Part shown: positions 1-12,939 of the stretch, piece after piece
How positions within the stretch are numbered: position 1 is the stretch's first letter
Layout: the number at the start of each line of letters is the position of its first letter
NCBI GenBank assembly: GCA_951406725.2
Contig: OX597819.1
Span: forward strand, 38,440,001-38,504,000
Origin: Octopus vulgaris
Lineage: Eukaryota
DNA length: 64,000 bases
Direction of reading: 5' to 3'
The notes under the pieces: model-generated
The model's input: the letters and a program-made list of their open reading frames with translations, nothing else
What the model was told of the DNA's origin: nothing
Databases searched by the model: none
Made by a program: the position numbers and the translations under genes

Positions 1-47
1 CCTGCTTGGAAACGAGCTCTTATGCAGAAGAAATCAGCTGAAAACAA
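1..47 (+). CDS. Penultimate coding exon (partial) of an espin/forked-like actin-bundling protein
   Basis: Open frame PAWKRALMQKKSAEN+AA then GTAAGC donor at 48; phase 2 joins the 1629 exon in frame; PxWKR motif resembles espin/forked C-terminal repeats (recall). Confidence 0.55.
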
Positions 48-339
48 GTAAGCATATACCATGGAAATAAAAAATCCCATGTCTGTTTCTTTAAAAGTTA
101 ATAATTTTCTGTAAAGTAAAACGTGTGTAACAGAGTTCAGGAAATAAAATTCAACATAGACCTGCATTTTTCATCATATTCTATGTATATCATTGAGATC
201 CTTGCTTTTATTTTCCTAGACAACAATGTTGGTTTCTTCTAGAGGATAAAAGCATTTTTTGTTGATTTAGTATAGTGTAACTAAATCAGATTAATCTAGT
301 GTTTTATAGCATAATCTTTACCTTTGCTTCTAACCTTAA

Positions 340-547
340 CCCCTCAGCTTTTAAACTGGCTATATCAGGCCTAAATATTTTCCCTGTTTTTATGTTCATA
401 CCAGCCTCACACACCTAGCCTGTATTGACAAGCTCAAAATATACAATCACATCATCAAAATCTTGAAGCTACAAATTCATGCATGATTAATTCAAAACAA
501 TGTGAATAAAGAAGCATTACATTTGACAATAATCTGAAGCTAAAGGG
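340..547. mobile_element. piggyBac-like MITE (TTAA target, CCCTTTAG..CTAAAGGG termini)
   Basis: TTAA on both sides, terminal inverted repeats, many related copies in window. Confidence 0.7.
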
Positions 548-1628
548 TTAAATATTTACAGGAAGATGAAGCACATTTATTTACATATAACACATAGTTG
601 TTTATTTAGTTTGGCATAGCAGTCTTATGATCAGTCATGTTCTGGTGATGACCACCTTATCTTTTTTTCAGGCATACTGTATCTAGAACTTCATTATCAA
701 ATGTCCTTCTTTCCTTTCTGAATATAGTAGGGTGTGATACGAGGGAGATTTAGTTGCTATTGTTAGCAGCTCACAAAATCAATTTGAGGCAATCTTGTTG
801 ATTTGTAGTAAAATACCTTGTGCTGAAATGAATTTATACTACTGATCCCCTCTGTAACTGTTATTAATCTCCATATAAAATTTACTGAAATTAAAGGAGC
901 AATATGATTTTCAAGCACAATAAACAGCATTTCATTGTAAAAATTTGCTAGCTGGGTCTAGCAAAAGACCATCTCAGTTGTTAAAACTATTTTGAATGCA
1001 TCAGTTATGTAAAAGCAATATAATCTATAATAAGTACAGGTGTGAATAGACAGTCATTCATTTGGTTTCAAGTTCAGCCACATAGCACAGTACTTTATGC
1101 AAGTGTCTTCTACTACAGCCTCGGGCCAACCATTGCTTTGTGAGTGAATTTGGTTGATGGAATCTGTACAAAACCCGTTGTGTGTATGTGTGGGTGTCTC
1201 AAATAGCAGCCTTGTTGTATTTTGAGTCTGAATGATTGCCTAAAAATACACAGCACACTATACAAGCTTGTTCAACCATTGTATTTTCTGAAGCATGAAA
1301 TTTATTAGTAGCTCACATTTAAATCTTTTGGATATATTAAATGATATATGTATGTAAACATTTATATTCTGCACATTGTTTGAGATATCATTCAGCTATG
1401 GTGGGTAATGTTTGTAACATTTTCTTCTCAACAACTCATCCAATAGCTCAGTGCTTTTGAATGAAAACTCCCTTACTTAAAAGAGTTAGTGACCGGTAGA
1501 TCATTCATCTGTAAAACAACGTCTAAGCTATATGTATTTGTCTAACTCATAGTAGCTTGGAAAACACATGTAAAATTTCTCGAAACTAATATTAATTTTT
1601 TTTTTTTTTTTTGTGGTTGTCTTTTCAG

Positions 1629-1755
1629 AGCTTCTCAAATTCAAAAGGAGACCAAATCACAACTCTTTGCAGCACCCAAAGTAGCCTCTCGTGGTGTAGT
1701 TAATGGAGAAGGCAACATGATACCTCCTTGGCAAAATGATTTGAAAGGAAAATAA
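1629..1755 (+). CDS. Terminal coding exon of espin/forked-like gene (K-ASQIQKETKSQLFAAPKV...NMIPPWQNDLKGK*)
   Basis: Long T-rich tract + TTTTCAG acceptor ending 1628; frame continues from exon 1-47 to TAA 1753-1755; followed by ~2.3 kb TE-poor AT-rich putative 3'UTR. Confidence 0.6.
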
Positions 1756-4480
1756 GCTAGTTGGTTTGTTTGTTAAATAATATTCAATAGTACCACAGAT
1801 GCTTTGGTACACCCCACCCCCCAATTGTGTTCTTGTATTGATACAGTGTACCATAGAAGCTCAGGGACAGCTTAATTAACTATTCACACCTGGCTATGCT
1901 ACATAGGCTTAACAACCATAGATATTAACTAAAAATGAACAGGTATATGATTTAAATGCACAAATTAATGCATTTAATACATTTATTTGACGTTATATAT
2001 TTCATCAGAACATAACTATACATTTATCCCATTTTTTTGTTGTATGGCAAAGGTTTTTTTTTTAATCTTCTGCGAACCTTATTTTGTTCTTCTTTATCTT
2101 GATATATAAAATTATACAAATTTAATAATCTTCATTTGACTTAATTGATTTTGGAACTGCACATTTTAGCCAAGTTTAATTTATATATCTAAACAAAATT
2201 TTGGTGAGTTTTTCTTTTAATTCAAATGCTTTAAAGAAAAACGAACATTGGTGATCTCTATACATTTTTTTTTCAAAACACAAGAAAAAAATATTTCAAC
2301 ACAATTGACAAGACAAAGAATTTTATTTTTTATGAAATTTTAAAAAAGAAATTATAATTACTAACTGAAGAAAAATACTCTGCACGACTTATTTTATTCT
2401 TTTCATTTCCTGTCAAATTAAAGAACTGAGATGAAAGATATATTTCTTCAAATGGCTAGGTGACATTTTGAAGATGGAAAGTGGGATTCGTCTGTAAAAA
2501 AAAAAATTGAAATACCATTTCCTTCATTTCAAGATTGATAGCATAACTGGGCTGTTACTAAGACTTGATTTCATTGAATGAATTATAAAGTCTTTTGGTA
2601 TTTATGACTTTAAAATGACAAAGAAATGGTGAAAGGAAAATAATACAAACAAAGGAATTATTAATTTACTTTATAAAAATATAATGTATTAACATAATTT
2701 TTTTTTAAAAAAAAGGTGATTAATTAATTATGAAAATATTTATTTGTAACTAATTAAAACAACAAATATCTTTAAATAATTCTCTAAGAAATAACATTTT
2801 CATGACTTCAGACGACAGTATCTGGTGATTGGATAAGTTATATGATTAGCCTGATCAATTCCGATATTAACTTATTTCTACTAGATAATTTTCTAGTATT
2901 TATTAAACTCATACTATATCCAGTGATATTTCAAAGACTTGTATTACTATCAACTTATATAAATATAATTTTTTTCTTTATATTATCATTAAGGAATTTA
3001 AAACACTTGCAATAGCTTCTTTTTTTTTTTTTACCTTACAAGACATGATAGTCAACTGCTCTGAGAAAAATACAAAGATATTGACTAGAATAAAGTACTT
3101 GAAATCGAATATTGAGCTAAAGCAATTCATTTAAATTATGTGATAATGCCAAATTAATTTGAGGATCATTTCCAGACTATTGGAATAGTTTGGTGACATT
3201 GTTTTAGCCAGCTAGTTCCAGGAAAACATAAATGGGTACCATTTTAGTGAGTTTAACTTATGTATTATATATATTTCTCATTAGAGATATTTCAGTTCTT
3301 TTTGTTAATTATCAAGGAACTAGGTAACTTCTTAAAGTTATCTTAAACTGTGAAAACAACCAACTTAGTATGAGTGAGCATTTGTGTGTGTGAGTATCTG
3401 TCTGTGTATGTGTGTGTGTGTGTGTGTGTGTGTAGGCAATAGTGACTGGAGGATATGAAGTGCAGAAACCACGGAATAATGCAATGGAACTCACATTACA
3501 TATACATATATATATATATAGTGCTAAAAAGAGAGGAACATAATAATTGCACTTTATAAGACAGTCACCATTGATATTACATTATTAATTAATCAATTAA
3601 AAATTTAATTAATTTCTTGATTAATCTCCACTCTATGGAAAGGTTTGTTATATTCACATAAATATTATTATTATACTTATAGGACTGAATGAGAGACTGA
3701 GTGATAGCATCTTCAGTGTTATGTGTGTGAGTGGTTGTAGTGTAAGCCAAATAAACACTATGATAAGTACTACAGATCCAATTCTACACATGTTCTCTTT
3801 GCTACTAATACTGTGGCTACTGATACATGACTAAACCCAAGCTTACATAAACTGTTATGCCACCACTAATTTCATCTAAATCTATAAAAAAAATATCAAT
3901 ATCTCAATCCTTGTTGTTTTGTTATGTTATTATTATTATTATTATTAACAAATGATTTGTTTTTGTTATTTCTTTTAGAACGTTTCTAATAGTCCTGCTG
4001 TATCCCAAAATTGAACATATGTTATTACCACTGTAGCTTAATGTTTTATCACTCAATAAAAGTTATTCAAATATTTTCATTGTTTTAAAGCTCATTCATT
4101 ATACAGAATGTATGTTTTCAACTTTCATGTTGGCAGCAGTTAAACTTCATCACAATTGGTTTAACATCAAGTTTCCCATTCTTGCTGCATAGGTCAGATG
4201 AAATTTTGTTCAACCAGATTTTTCTACAGCTGGACGCTCTTCCTGTTGCCAACCCTCACCTGTTTCCAGAATGGATAATATTCCCCCAAGTTCTTTTGAA
4301 CAATGAACAGCTCAATGTACTAGGTTGATGCTCAGTATGAGATTAAAAAAGGAGTGGGTGTATAATGTTTCGAATATGGAGCTATAGTTGAACACATTTG
4401 CCCAAGGTGCCATTTGGTGGGACTGAACCTAAGACATTGTGGTTGGGAAGCATACATCTTACAACATCTGCACCTGCAAA

Positions 4481-5163
4481 TCTATACATATAAAGCTGAA
4501 GTTGCCTGTGTGTGTGTGTGGCAGGTTTGGTAGGCGGCGAGCTGGCAGAAACGTTAGCGCGCCGGGTGAAATGCTTAGCGGTATTTCATCTGTCGTTACG
4601 TTCTGAGTTCAAATTCCGCCGAGGTAGACTTTGCCTTTCATCCTTTCGCGGTTGATAAATAAAGTACCAGTTTCACACTGGGTCGATGTAAAATTGACTT
4701 ATTCCGTTTGTCTATCCTTGTTTGTCCCTTCTGTGTGTAGCCCCTTGTGGGCAGTAAAGAAATAGGTTTGGTAGCCTTCAACTAACACTATCTTCTCTGA
4801 GACCCTGCAGCGCAAGTTGACCAAAATTGAGAGTATGATAGAAGGCTTGTTCTTCCTTCAGTAGAAGAAAAAATTCAAATCAGACCATGTTAACACCAAA
4901 AATTATTTACATAAAAAAAATGCTTTTTTTTCTATGAAAATCCTTATTTTTAATGATTTTTTTGACTGCTGTGTCGCCATTTTTCAGTGTATTTCAACCA
5001 GTAAAATGTTCACTTAAAGAGAATAACAAGCTACATAATGCAAAATTTTTACTTTTCAAGGAAGATTGAAACTATGTCAAAACTTTGTTAACATGACAGC
5101 AAAGTCTGCCATTTTAAGCACAACTAAAAAACAAACTTGAGCAATGCCAAGCTATACTGCTAG
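4481..5163 (+). mobile_element. Non-autonomous Helitron-like element, interrupted by a SINE
   Basis: 5' TC after A, 3' CTAG before T, decayed subterminal hairpin; same ends as copies at 52271 and 54430. Confidence 0.65.
4533..4765 (+). mobile_element. tRNA-derived SINE, family B (GGCGGCGAGCTGGCAGAAACGTTAGC head)
   Basis: A/B-box-like head (GAGTTCAAATTCC) and GCCTTTCATCCTTTCG body; related copies near 13708, 17460, 22730, 25237, 42970, 57330, 60415. Confidence 0.8.
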
Positions 5164-5242
5164 TTATATATATAAAAGAAACATGAGCAGTAGTAGAGAG
5201 ATGTTTTGCATTTCTTTTTTCAGACCTATCTAGCATCATTCA

Positions 5243-5276
<34 letters not shown>

Positions 5277-5849
5277 GTCACAAGAGGATTTTTGCTTTTA
5301 TGATGCAAAAGATTTTATCCATGTTGTAGACCTATTATCTGACTTCCAGAAATTGGGAATACTTTACAATATCATGCAATATACTGTAGTCTGTAATGAG
5401 CAAAACAAACCTAGTTTATGAAGTTGGTTAATTTGCATACATTGTGTTAAAAATAGTTTTGTTTTTTATGTGGATTCGTAAAGATTAAACATACTCTGCT
5501 TTAGAATTGTATAAATTTGTACCTGTCTCTTCAATAAAATCATGTTCTTTACTTAATTTCCATCCTATTGTATGTATGGTTCAGTATGACTTATTTTGAG
5601 AATTTTAAGCAGATTAATAAATATATAACAGACCCTGCTTCAAAAATTCATTAATTTAAATCTATCATATAAAATTTAGCTCCTTACTTTTCATAGTTTA
5701 TTTTATATTTTAAGTATATATTTAGGCTGTCTTCAGAAAACTGGAAAATCCAGTCCACTTCTGGTCACAAATTTGCTGGATATTTTGGTGTGGCATTGTA
5801 TAATGGTTGTGATGAAAACAATAAGACTCAATAAAAAATTCATAAATAC

Positions 5850-5855
5850 TTTATT
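5850..5855 (-). terminator. Polyadenylation signal of MRPS18A
   Basis: AATAAA on minus strand ~15 nt after the stop codon. Confidence 0.5.
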
Positions 5856-5869
5856 ACAAAAGAAAAAAA

Positions 5870-5982
5870 TTAATGTCTCTTTGGAGCTTTTACATAATGT
5901 ACATTGTATTTCAAATATTTATATGGAGGTATATAGTTTGATTTTCCATCTGGTCCGGTGGGAGCCAAGCTTCGAAGCAAAC
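5870..5982 (-). CDS. MRPS18A: MRPS18A exon 5 (G-LLRSLAPTGPDGKSNYIPPYKYLKYNVHYVKAPKRH*)
   Basis: TTTCTACAG acceptor; phase 1 completes the conserved RAGLL motif; TAA followed by AATAAA. Confidence 0.8.
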
Positions 5983-6859
5983 CTGTAGAAATGAAACAGT
6001 CATTTGAAATGATGAAATTTTATAATTTCAGAACAGACAGTAACCTCTTAAGAAATGTTTACAAATGAAATATATATATATATATACACACATATATATG
6101 CAAGCAACTAATTTTGTAACTGAACGAATTTAAATAGATAAACTGGTGTAATAGTGAATCAAAAACCTGTGTCCATAGTCTCCTCTTGGCTTGTATAAAT
6201 AATAAATACATAAAACACTGTCTTTTCCTTATTGGCATGTCAATTTCAGAGAAATTCTTGAGTCTTGAGACTACCTCACCTTCTCATTTGGAGTTGGTCA
6301 CAATTGCCACTAGGGGTTTGTTTATCTTCTCTCAATGTGAAAATAATTTCAATAATTTATATCTCTTTGTTTTTGTGCAACACATGCATTTCATCAAAGT
6401 GGTTGTTTGGAATTCAGCATAGGCTGTTCCAAAAACATTGGATGCTTAACCATAATGGATCATTGGTGAATACACTATTGCATTATGTTACAAAGACTTT
6501 AGCTCTCTATACCATAATGTAATAAAATACTCTTCAAATATCTGTTGTGGTTAAGCATCCAATTATACTTGGAACATCCAGTGCAGAGTTCCATACAATC
6601 ACAATAGTGAAACATACATAAGAACTAAAGATATAAACTTGGGTTCATTATAATTCTCATTATCATTTAATGTCCACTTTCCATGTTAGCATGGGTTGGA
6701 TGGTTCGACTAAGGACTGGCAAGCCAGATGGCTGCACCAGGCTCCAATCTGTTCTGGCAAGGTTTCTACAGCTGAATGCCCTTCCTAATGCCAACCACTT
6801 CAAGAGTGTAGTGGGTGCATTTTACGTGCCACTGGCACAGTGGCCAGTGATGCAGCACT

Positions 6860-6894
<35 letters not shown>

Positions 6895-6904
6895 CTTTTA
6901 TTGT

Positions 6905-7250
6905 TTTCATTTACTTGTTTCAGTCAGTTGACTGTGTCCATGCTGGAGCACCACCTTTTAGTTGCATAAACCGACCCCTGGACTTATTTTTTGTAAGCCT
7001 GGTGCTTACTCTACCGGCCTCATTTGCCAAACATGGGGATGAAAACACACCAACATTGGTTGTCAAGTGATGGGTGAACAAACACACATAATATATATAC
7101 GACATGCTTTTTTTCAGTTTCTGTCTACCAAATCCATTCACAAGGCTTTGGTTGGCCTGCAGCTATAGTAGAAGACACTTGCCCAAGGTGCCACACAGTG
7201 GGACTGAACTTGTTACCACGTGGTTGTAAAGCAAGCTTCTTACCACACAA
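6905..7250 (-). mobile_element. tRNA-derived SINE, family A
   Basis: GGTTCAGTCCCAC B-box-like head, internal (TA)n, GAAACAAGTAAA tail; more than 10 copies in window. Confidence 0.8.
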
Positions 7251-7945
7251 CTATATATATATATATTTGCCTAGCAAATTATTTTATTTGCTAAAATAAT
7301 CTGAAACCTAGGTATGACCATAAAAAATAACTAGGTAAAAGTTTTTATTTTTCATTCTCTTCGAAAATTGCTCTTAAAATGTGGTTTTGGTCGTTTTGAC
7401 TGCTTCTTCTAGCATGTAAAAATTACCTATTAAAGGTAGTTTTCTCTTATGTTTATATATATATATATATATATATGTATATGGTTGGTCTGTAAAATAG
7501 TTGACACTAGCAAGGGCATCCAACTGTACAAACCATGCCAAACAGACTTTGCCAATGCTGGTGCCACATAAAAGTGCCCAGTCCACTCTGTAAAGTGGTT
7601 GGCATAAGGGAGGGCATCTAGCCATGAAAACCATACCAAAACAAACCTCAGTGGAGCTGGTGCCATGTAAAAACCATCCAGTCCACTCTGTTAAGTGGTT
7701 GATATTAAGAAAGACATCAAGCTATAAAAACCATGCTAAAACAGACAGTGGAGTGCGGTGCAGTCCTCTGGCTTACCAGCTCTTGTCAAATGATGATATA
7801 TATAAAGAATTTTAATTTCTAAAAAGTACTGGTAAAGAATTCAATTGCTCTTGGAACATCCAATGCTGTCATTCCAAGCAATCACAATGGTTGAACATAC
7901 ATAGAAACTAATGATATAAACTTGGGTATAATTCTCATACATATA

Positions 7946-8197
7946 CAGGGTTGGCCAAAAGTCACCCGACAGTAAATCAAAATCCCATAAATACTTAATA
8001 TTCAATTTTATTTATTCATTCCAATTATGAATGCTTAATAATTGAATGCTGTGAGTTAAAAATCACTGTTTTTTTTTTTGTTTTTTTTCCAACATTTGTC
8101 TATCTATTAGCGAAGTCTTGTATAAAATAATTTTTTGTTTTAATCTTGGAATTAATTGGGTCCTGATTTACCGTCAGATGACTTTTGGTCAACGCTG
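7946..8197. mobile_element. Tc1/mariner-type MITE
   Basis: TIR CAGGGTTGGCCAAAAGTCAC..., TA at left flank; second copy at 51415-51652. Confidence 0.7.
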
Positions 8198-8336
8198 CAT
8201 ATATATATATATATATATATGGTTGGTCTGTAAAATGGTTGGCATTAGGAAGGGCATCTGGCCATGAAAGCCATGCCAAAACAGACCACGCTGTTGATGA
8301 TGGCATGTAAAAACCATTGGTGTATATATCAAGAAT

Positions 8337-8398
8337 TTTGATTTACAAACTGGTAGATTTATAACAATGGTTATAAATCTACCAGTTTGTAAATTAAA
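8337..8398. repeat. Near-perfect 60-bp palindrome/hairpin
   Basis: ATTTACAAACTGGTAGATTTATAAC-aatg-GTTATAAATCTACCAGTTTGTAAAT, 25-bp perfect stem. Confidence 0.9.
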
Positions 8399-8578
8399 TG
8401 GTGTTAGTAGTAACAACCTGCCCAACTCATACCAATAAGGAAAGCAGACATAAAATAATAATAAATGATGATGTAGGTGATAGCGAGAGTGATGCTGATT
8501 ATTTCTGGTCAAGAAAAGTAGAAGAGACTGAATCTGAATGAAAGCATGCAGCAGAAAGCGAGTACGGTGATAACTAGA

Positions 8579-8609
8579 GACATGTTCCAGTCTCATCAGA
8601 CCTCTTCAG
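8579..8609 (-). ncRNA. Degenerate minimal hammerhead-like motif
   Basis: CUGAAGA-GGUCU-GAUG-AGACU-GGA-ACAUGU-C: stem II, palindromic stem III, GUC site; stem I and GAAA are damaged. Confidence 0.35.
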
Positions 8610-9369
8610 TGAAACACAATTTTATCAATACTTGCTGGATCTTCGATGACTGAGAAAATTTATAACGATTTTGAACAAATGAAACTAACAGATGTGATGT
8701 ATTACAATGTCCAAAGACTGTGGCATTTTAGCCAAAATCAAGTTCTTCTACCACTACACAAACACCTTCAATATTTATTTCAGAGTTATCTCCCCTACGC
8801 TCCTTCCTAACCACAATTGATCATTAAGCAAATGTTTTTCTTCCCTACAGTTGTTTTAATAAATAAATTCTTTATGACTCACTACATTAGGTTTGTTAAC
8901 ATATTTTATATACTTCAAGCCACCTAGCTGCTAGCAACAAGGCACAGGAGTGTAGTACACAGAGGGTACACAGTAGCTTGCAAATGTTTCGCCAAGTATC
9001 GCAATGTCATCTGCGTAGTCTAGATCCTTGACGGAAAAGTTGTGACCACATGGTTCTGGGCTCAGTCCTACTGCATGGCACCTTCTATAGCTTTGAGCCA
9101 ACCAAAGGCTTATCAGTAGATTTGGTAGATGGAAACTGAAAGAAACCTGTCGTATATATGTGTGTGTGTATGTGTTTGTCTCCCTACCATCGCTTGACAA
9201 CCGATGTTCGTGTGTCTATGTGCCTGTAACTTAGTAGTTCAGCAAAAGAAGCCAATAGATTAAGTCCTAGAGTCAATTTGTTCAACTAAAGGCGGTGCTC
9301 CAGCATTGCCGCAGTCAAATGACTGAAACAAATAAAAGAATAAAACCAATTAAATATATAGGCACAGGC

Positions 9370-9725
9370 ATGACTAACCACATGGTTCTGGGTTCAGTCC
9401 CACTGTGTGGCACCTTCGGCAAGTGTCTTCTACTATGGCCTCAGGCCAACCAAAACCTTGTGAGTGGATTTGGTGGACAGAAACTGAAAGAAGCCCATTG
9501 CATATTTACATGCGTGTGTGTTTGTTCCCCAATCACTACTCGATAACTAGTGTTGGTTTATTTATGTCCCTGTAACTTAGTGGTTTGTCAAAACAGACTG
9601 ATAGAATAAGTACCAGGCTTTAAGAAAAAAAAAGGTACTGTGGTTGATTTCTTTGACTAAAAATTCTTCAAGGAAGTGCCCCAGCATGATCTGTCTAATG
9701 AGTGAAACAAGTAAAAGATAAAAGA
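9370..9725 (+). mobile_element. SINE family A (preceded by a second deleted copy at 9041-9345)
   Basis: Same head, body and tail as other family A copies. Confidence 0.75.
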
Positions 9726-10210
9726 TGCCTCACTTCACCGAGATCTGTTTTTTCCGCACACTGGTTCTGCCTGCCCTCCTCTATAGTGCTGAGACCTGGA
9801 CCATCCTCAAACAGACCCTGGTATCTCTCTAGGCGACCAAATCTCAAATAACATCCAAGAACAATGCCAATAGCAGCAGCTGACCATTGGAGACCAAGTC
9901 CAGCTACAGCGGTTTGGCCGTGCCTGCAGGATGAGCACCAGAAGACTACCACACCAACTTTTGTGGTGGCAGTGACCCCCATCCTGGAGAATCCAGCACA
10001 GCACACCAAGGGGTGAAACAAATTGAGGAGGACTTGAAGTTGCAATGCCTTGACCTCGAGTATGGTAAAGTCAGTGCCATGGACCAGGAAGCATGGAATA
10101 AGATTATCACCAGAGTCCATCATCCAGTGGCACCCACAGCAGTGTATTGGTTGGGAGGACAGCTTCCTGCTCCAGTCACCAGCTAGGGATTTTGCTTTTT
10201 TACTTACTAC
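9726..10210 (+). pseudogene. Degenerate RTE-clade LINE reverse-transcriptase C-terminal fragment
   Basis: FRTLVLPALLYSAETWT motif typical of RTE C-termini; stops and frameshifts follow. Confidence 0.55.
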
Positions 10211-10513
10211 AAAGCTGATAGCAACTGGCACCAAATCATTAAGTATGTTAGTTACCATTGTCTTAGATGGACTGAATTATATAGAATAAATATCTGTCAA
10301 CAGGAGGCATCAGATCTGTAATATTAACTGTAATAAAACAGAATCCTGTCCAGGAGCAAATATTATCCTCCTTGGCTTAATGCTAAAGAAACTATCATGA
10401 GATACCAATCCAATGGAAGATTTTAAATGGATTAACTTTTGTTATTTCCAAACAAACCAATATACCTAGAATGAAGTGGAGAGTATCATTTAGAAGACAA
10501 ATTTCAACATTAC

Positions 10514-10637
10514 CTGCTCTGGTTGCAAAGTTGACAAGCATGTTCATGTGTTTGTGTTGGCGATTACATAGCTTGGTCACATGCTGAGGTAACAATTTAC
10601 CATAAGCATCAACGAACTGACTAATAATTAGTACATC
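10514..10637 (-). CDS. MRPS18A: MRPS18A exon 4 (DVLIISQFVDAYGKLLPQHVTKLCNRQHKHMNMLVNFATRA-G)
   Basis: Ribosomal S18 core DVLxxSQF..G..LP..VT.LC..QH; CAG acceptor, GTAATG donor, 124 nt. Confidence 0.92.
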
Positions 10638-11544
10638 CTGGAGAGGAAAAGAAGAGAGAAGAGGGAGAAAATTTTAGTAATTAAAATGAAGTTGTTTCAG
10701 GTATGATTTCTTTATTTTCATCTTTTCAGACAAGAAATTCAATTCTCAACCACATGAAAAACTGCAGAGCTACAAGTGCTGGGCTTTGTGGTAATTTCCC
10801 TGTCAACAAATCATCCACGGGCATTACACTTTCAACAATATGTGAAATACGATATACCTTACTTGAAAAACAGGTGAGGGATTGTGTCAGGGAAGGCATC
10901 CTGCTGTAAAGCGAAGCCTCAGTAATATATATTTGTCTAACTCATGCAAGCATGGGAAAATGGAGGTGAAAATAAATGAATTAGAAACTAACAAAGTATT
11001 TAGCTGATACCCACTTGAGATTTACATCATTAAGAGTACTGTGCAGTTATTCAAACAACTGAAATCCCATGGTCAGAAATTCTAACCAAAATCCAATATG
11101 ATTCAACCTATTAAAATTCAGTTTATTCTTCTGTCAAATGTAATGCTTATTGATCCATGTTGTTTTGAATTAATCATTTTACAATGGTGTGATTGATTAT
11201 TTTTATGACATTGTAGAGAAGGTATGAGAGGTCAGATCTAGCCAGTTTGAACATAAAACAGGTAGAATATTTGGGCCGGATACGGCCGGTTTAAATGCTA
11301 AAGGATTAATATGAGTCTGTAACATTTCGGAGTGAAGATTACAGTTGATTAATTCAACCCCTAGTACTAAACTGGTACCTTATATTATTGTCCTTTCTTT
11401 ACTATGGGCAAAGTTGGGTCCAAAGGAATCAATAAAATAATGAGGTGTTGAAAGAAAAATATTTTTAAAAAAATAAATAAAAATGAAGGAGCAAAAAATT
11501 GTTGTCAGTGAAATCTTGAATCGAAGAAGTTGATGAAAACTCAC

Positions 11545-11658
11545 AGTATATTTAACTTTGAGGTTTAGTCGACACAAGGGACATGCAGTTGGCTTGCTGA
11601 AGTATTTTTCAGGTATGACATTATTCTCTCGAGGTGAGGGGATATGAACTCCTTCAAT
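11545..11658 (-). CDS. MRPS18A: MRPS18A exon 3 (IEGVHIPSPRENNVIPEKYFSKPTACPLCRLNLKVKYT)
   Basis: IEG...CPLCRxNLK zinc-binding motif of S18A/mL66; TTCAG acceptor, GTGAGT donor, 114 nt, phase 0/0. Confidence 0.92.
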
Positions 11659-12339
11659 CTGAAGCAAGAAAATAATTTTAAATATTATCTTACATAGTAA
11701 TAACATATTTAGGTATATCATATGTAAAAGTTGTAAAAAAAAAAAGCAACAAAACACATGTTTTCAGGTTCAGTCCCACTGTTCAGCACCTTGGGGCAAG
11801 TGTCAATCCCTTGTACATGAATTTGGTAGAGATGAAACTGTGTAGAAGCTGTTGTATATGTACATATGTCATTGAGGAAATAATAAGGGACCAGGAGATG
11901 TGTCTTGTCTTGTCTTGAGACAGCATTCACCCGGGGTGGGTTGGGATGTGAGACAGCATTCACCCGGGGTGGGTTGACATGTGGTCATTTGATGTACTTG
12001 ATAAGACATGTCAGGCTAAATAAAATCACTGTCTTCCACACATAGAGGATTGTCCTTCCAGGTGCTGGTGCCATTTAAAAAGCACCTGTGTTGGAGCTGC
12101 ATAAACGTACCTGTAACGGTGACACGTAAAAAGCACCCACACTCTGTTAAGTGGTTCATGTTAAGAAGGGCATCCATCCATAAAAACCAAGCCAAAGCAG
12201 ACAGTTGGAGTTCAACCAGCTCCATGTCAAACTGTCCAATCCATGCCAGCATGGAGACTGGATGTTTAACAATGACGATGATGACAATGGGATGTGTGTG
12301 TGTGCATTTTTGTGTTCACCTTTCAACACTTGACAACAC

Positions 12340-12690
12340 CCATCACCATCATCATCGTTTGACGTCCGTTTTCCATGCTGGCATGGGTTGGACGGTTTGA
12401 CCGGGGTCTGGGAAGCCAGGAGGCTGTGCCAGGCTCCAGTCTGATTTGGCAGTGTTTCTACAGCTGGATGCCCTTCCTAACGCCAACCACTCCATGAGTG
12501 TAGTGGGTGCTTTTTACATGCCACCGGCACAGGGGCCAGAAGAGGCCGGCAAACAGCCATGATCGGTTGGTGCTTTTTATGTGTCACTGACACGGAGCCA
12601 GTCAGGCAGCGCTGGTATCAGCCACGATTCGGATGGTGCTTTTACGTGCCACCAGCACGGGTATCTTAACTACAATTTCCATTTGATTTT
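12340..12690 (-). mobile_element. RTE-type LINE 3' UTR/tail fragment with (TGA)n tail
   Basis: AACCCATGCCAGCATGGAAAACGGACG..(TGA)n end shared by many copies (about 6660, 12130, 21797, 24490, 34815, 55878). Confidence 0.7.
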
Positions 12691-12939
12691 TTGTCAGCTT
12701 ATCTCCATATCTTAGTGGTTTAGCAAAAAGAGACCAACAGAATGGACATAAAAGGAGTACTGGGGGGGGGGGGGGTCAATTGGATTGACTAAACCTTTCA
12801 AGGCAGTACCCCAGCATGGCCAGAATCCAATAACTGAAAGAAGGGGAAGTGTAAGGAAATTGAGCAAGATGTCTTGTTTTTGTTCCAGCGACTTGTATTT
12901 TCATTTCAAATCTCACCATGGCCTATTTGGGTGGTTTAA

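Noticed and set aside
3700-3790. CUGAAGA on minus strand as another rearranged hammerhead
   Set aside because: No GAAA strand or valid NUH site; the same applies to CUGAAGA hits near 33115 and 39265
8189-8601. Alternative MRPS18A last exon (G-LMRLEHV...)
   Set aside because: Poor acceptor (GAAGAG, no pyrimidine tract) and runs into repeats; the 5982 exon has a strong acceptor, stop and AATAAA
11916-11981. 33-bp tandem duplication
   Set aside because: Two units only; ordinary slippage with no further structure
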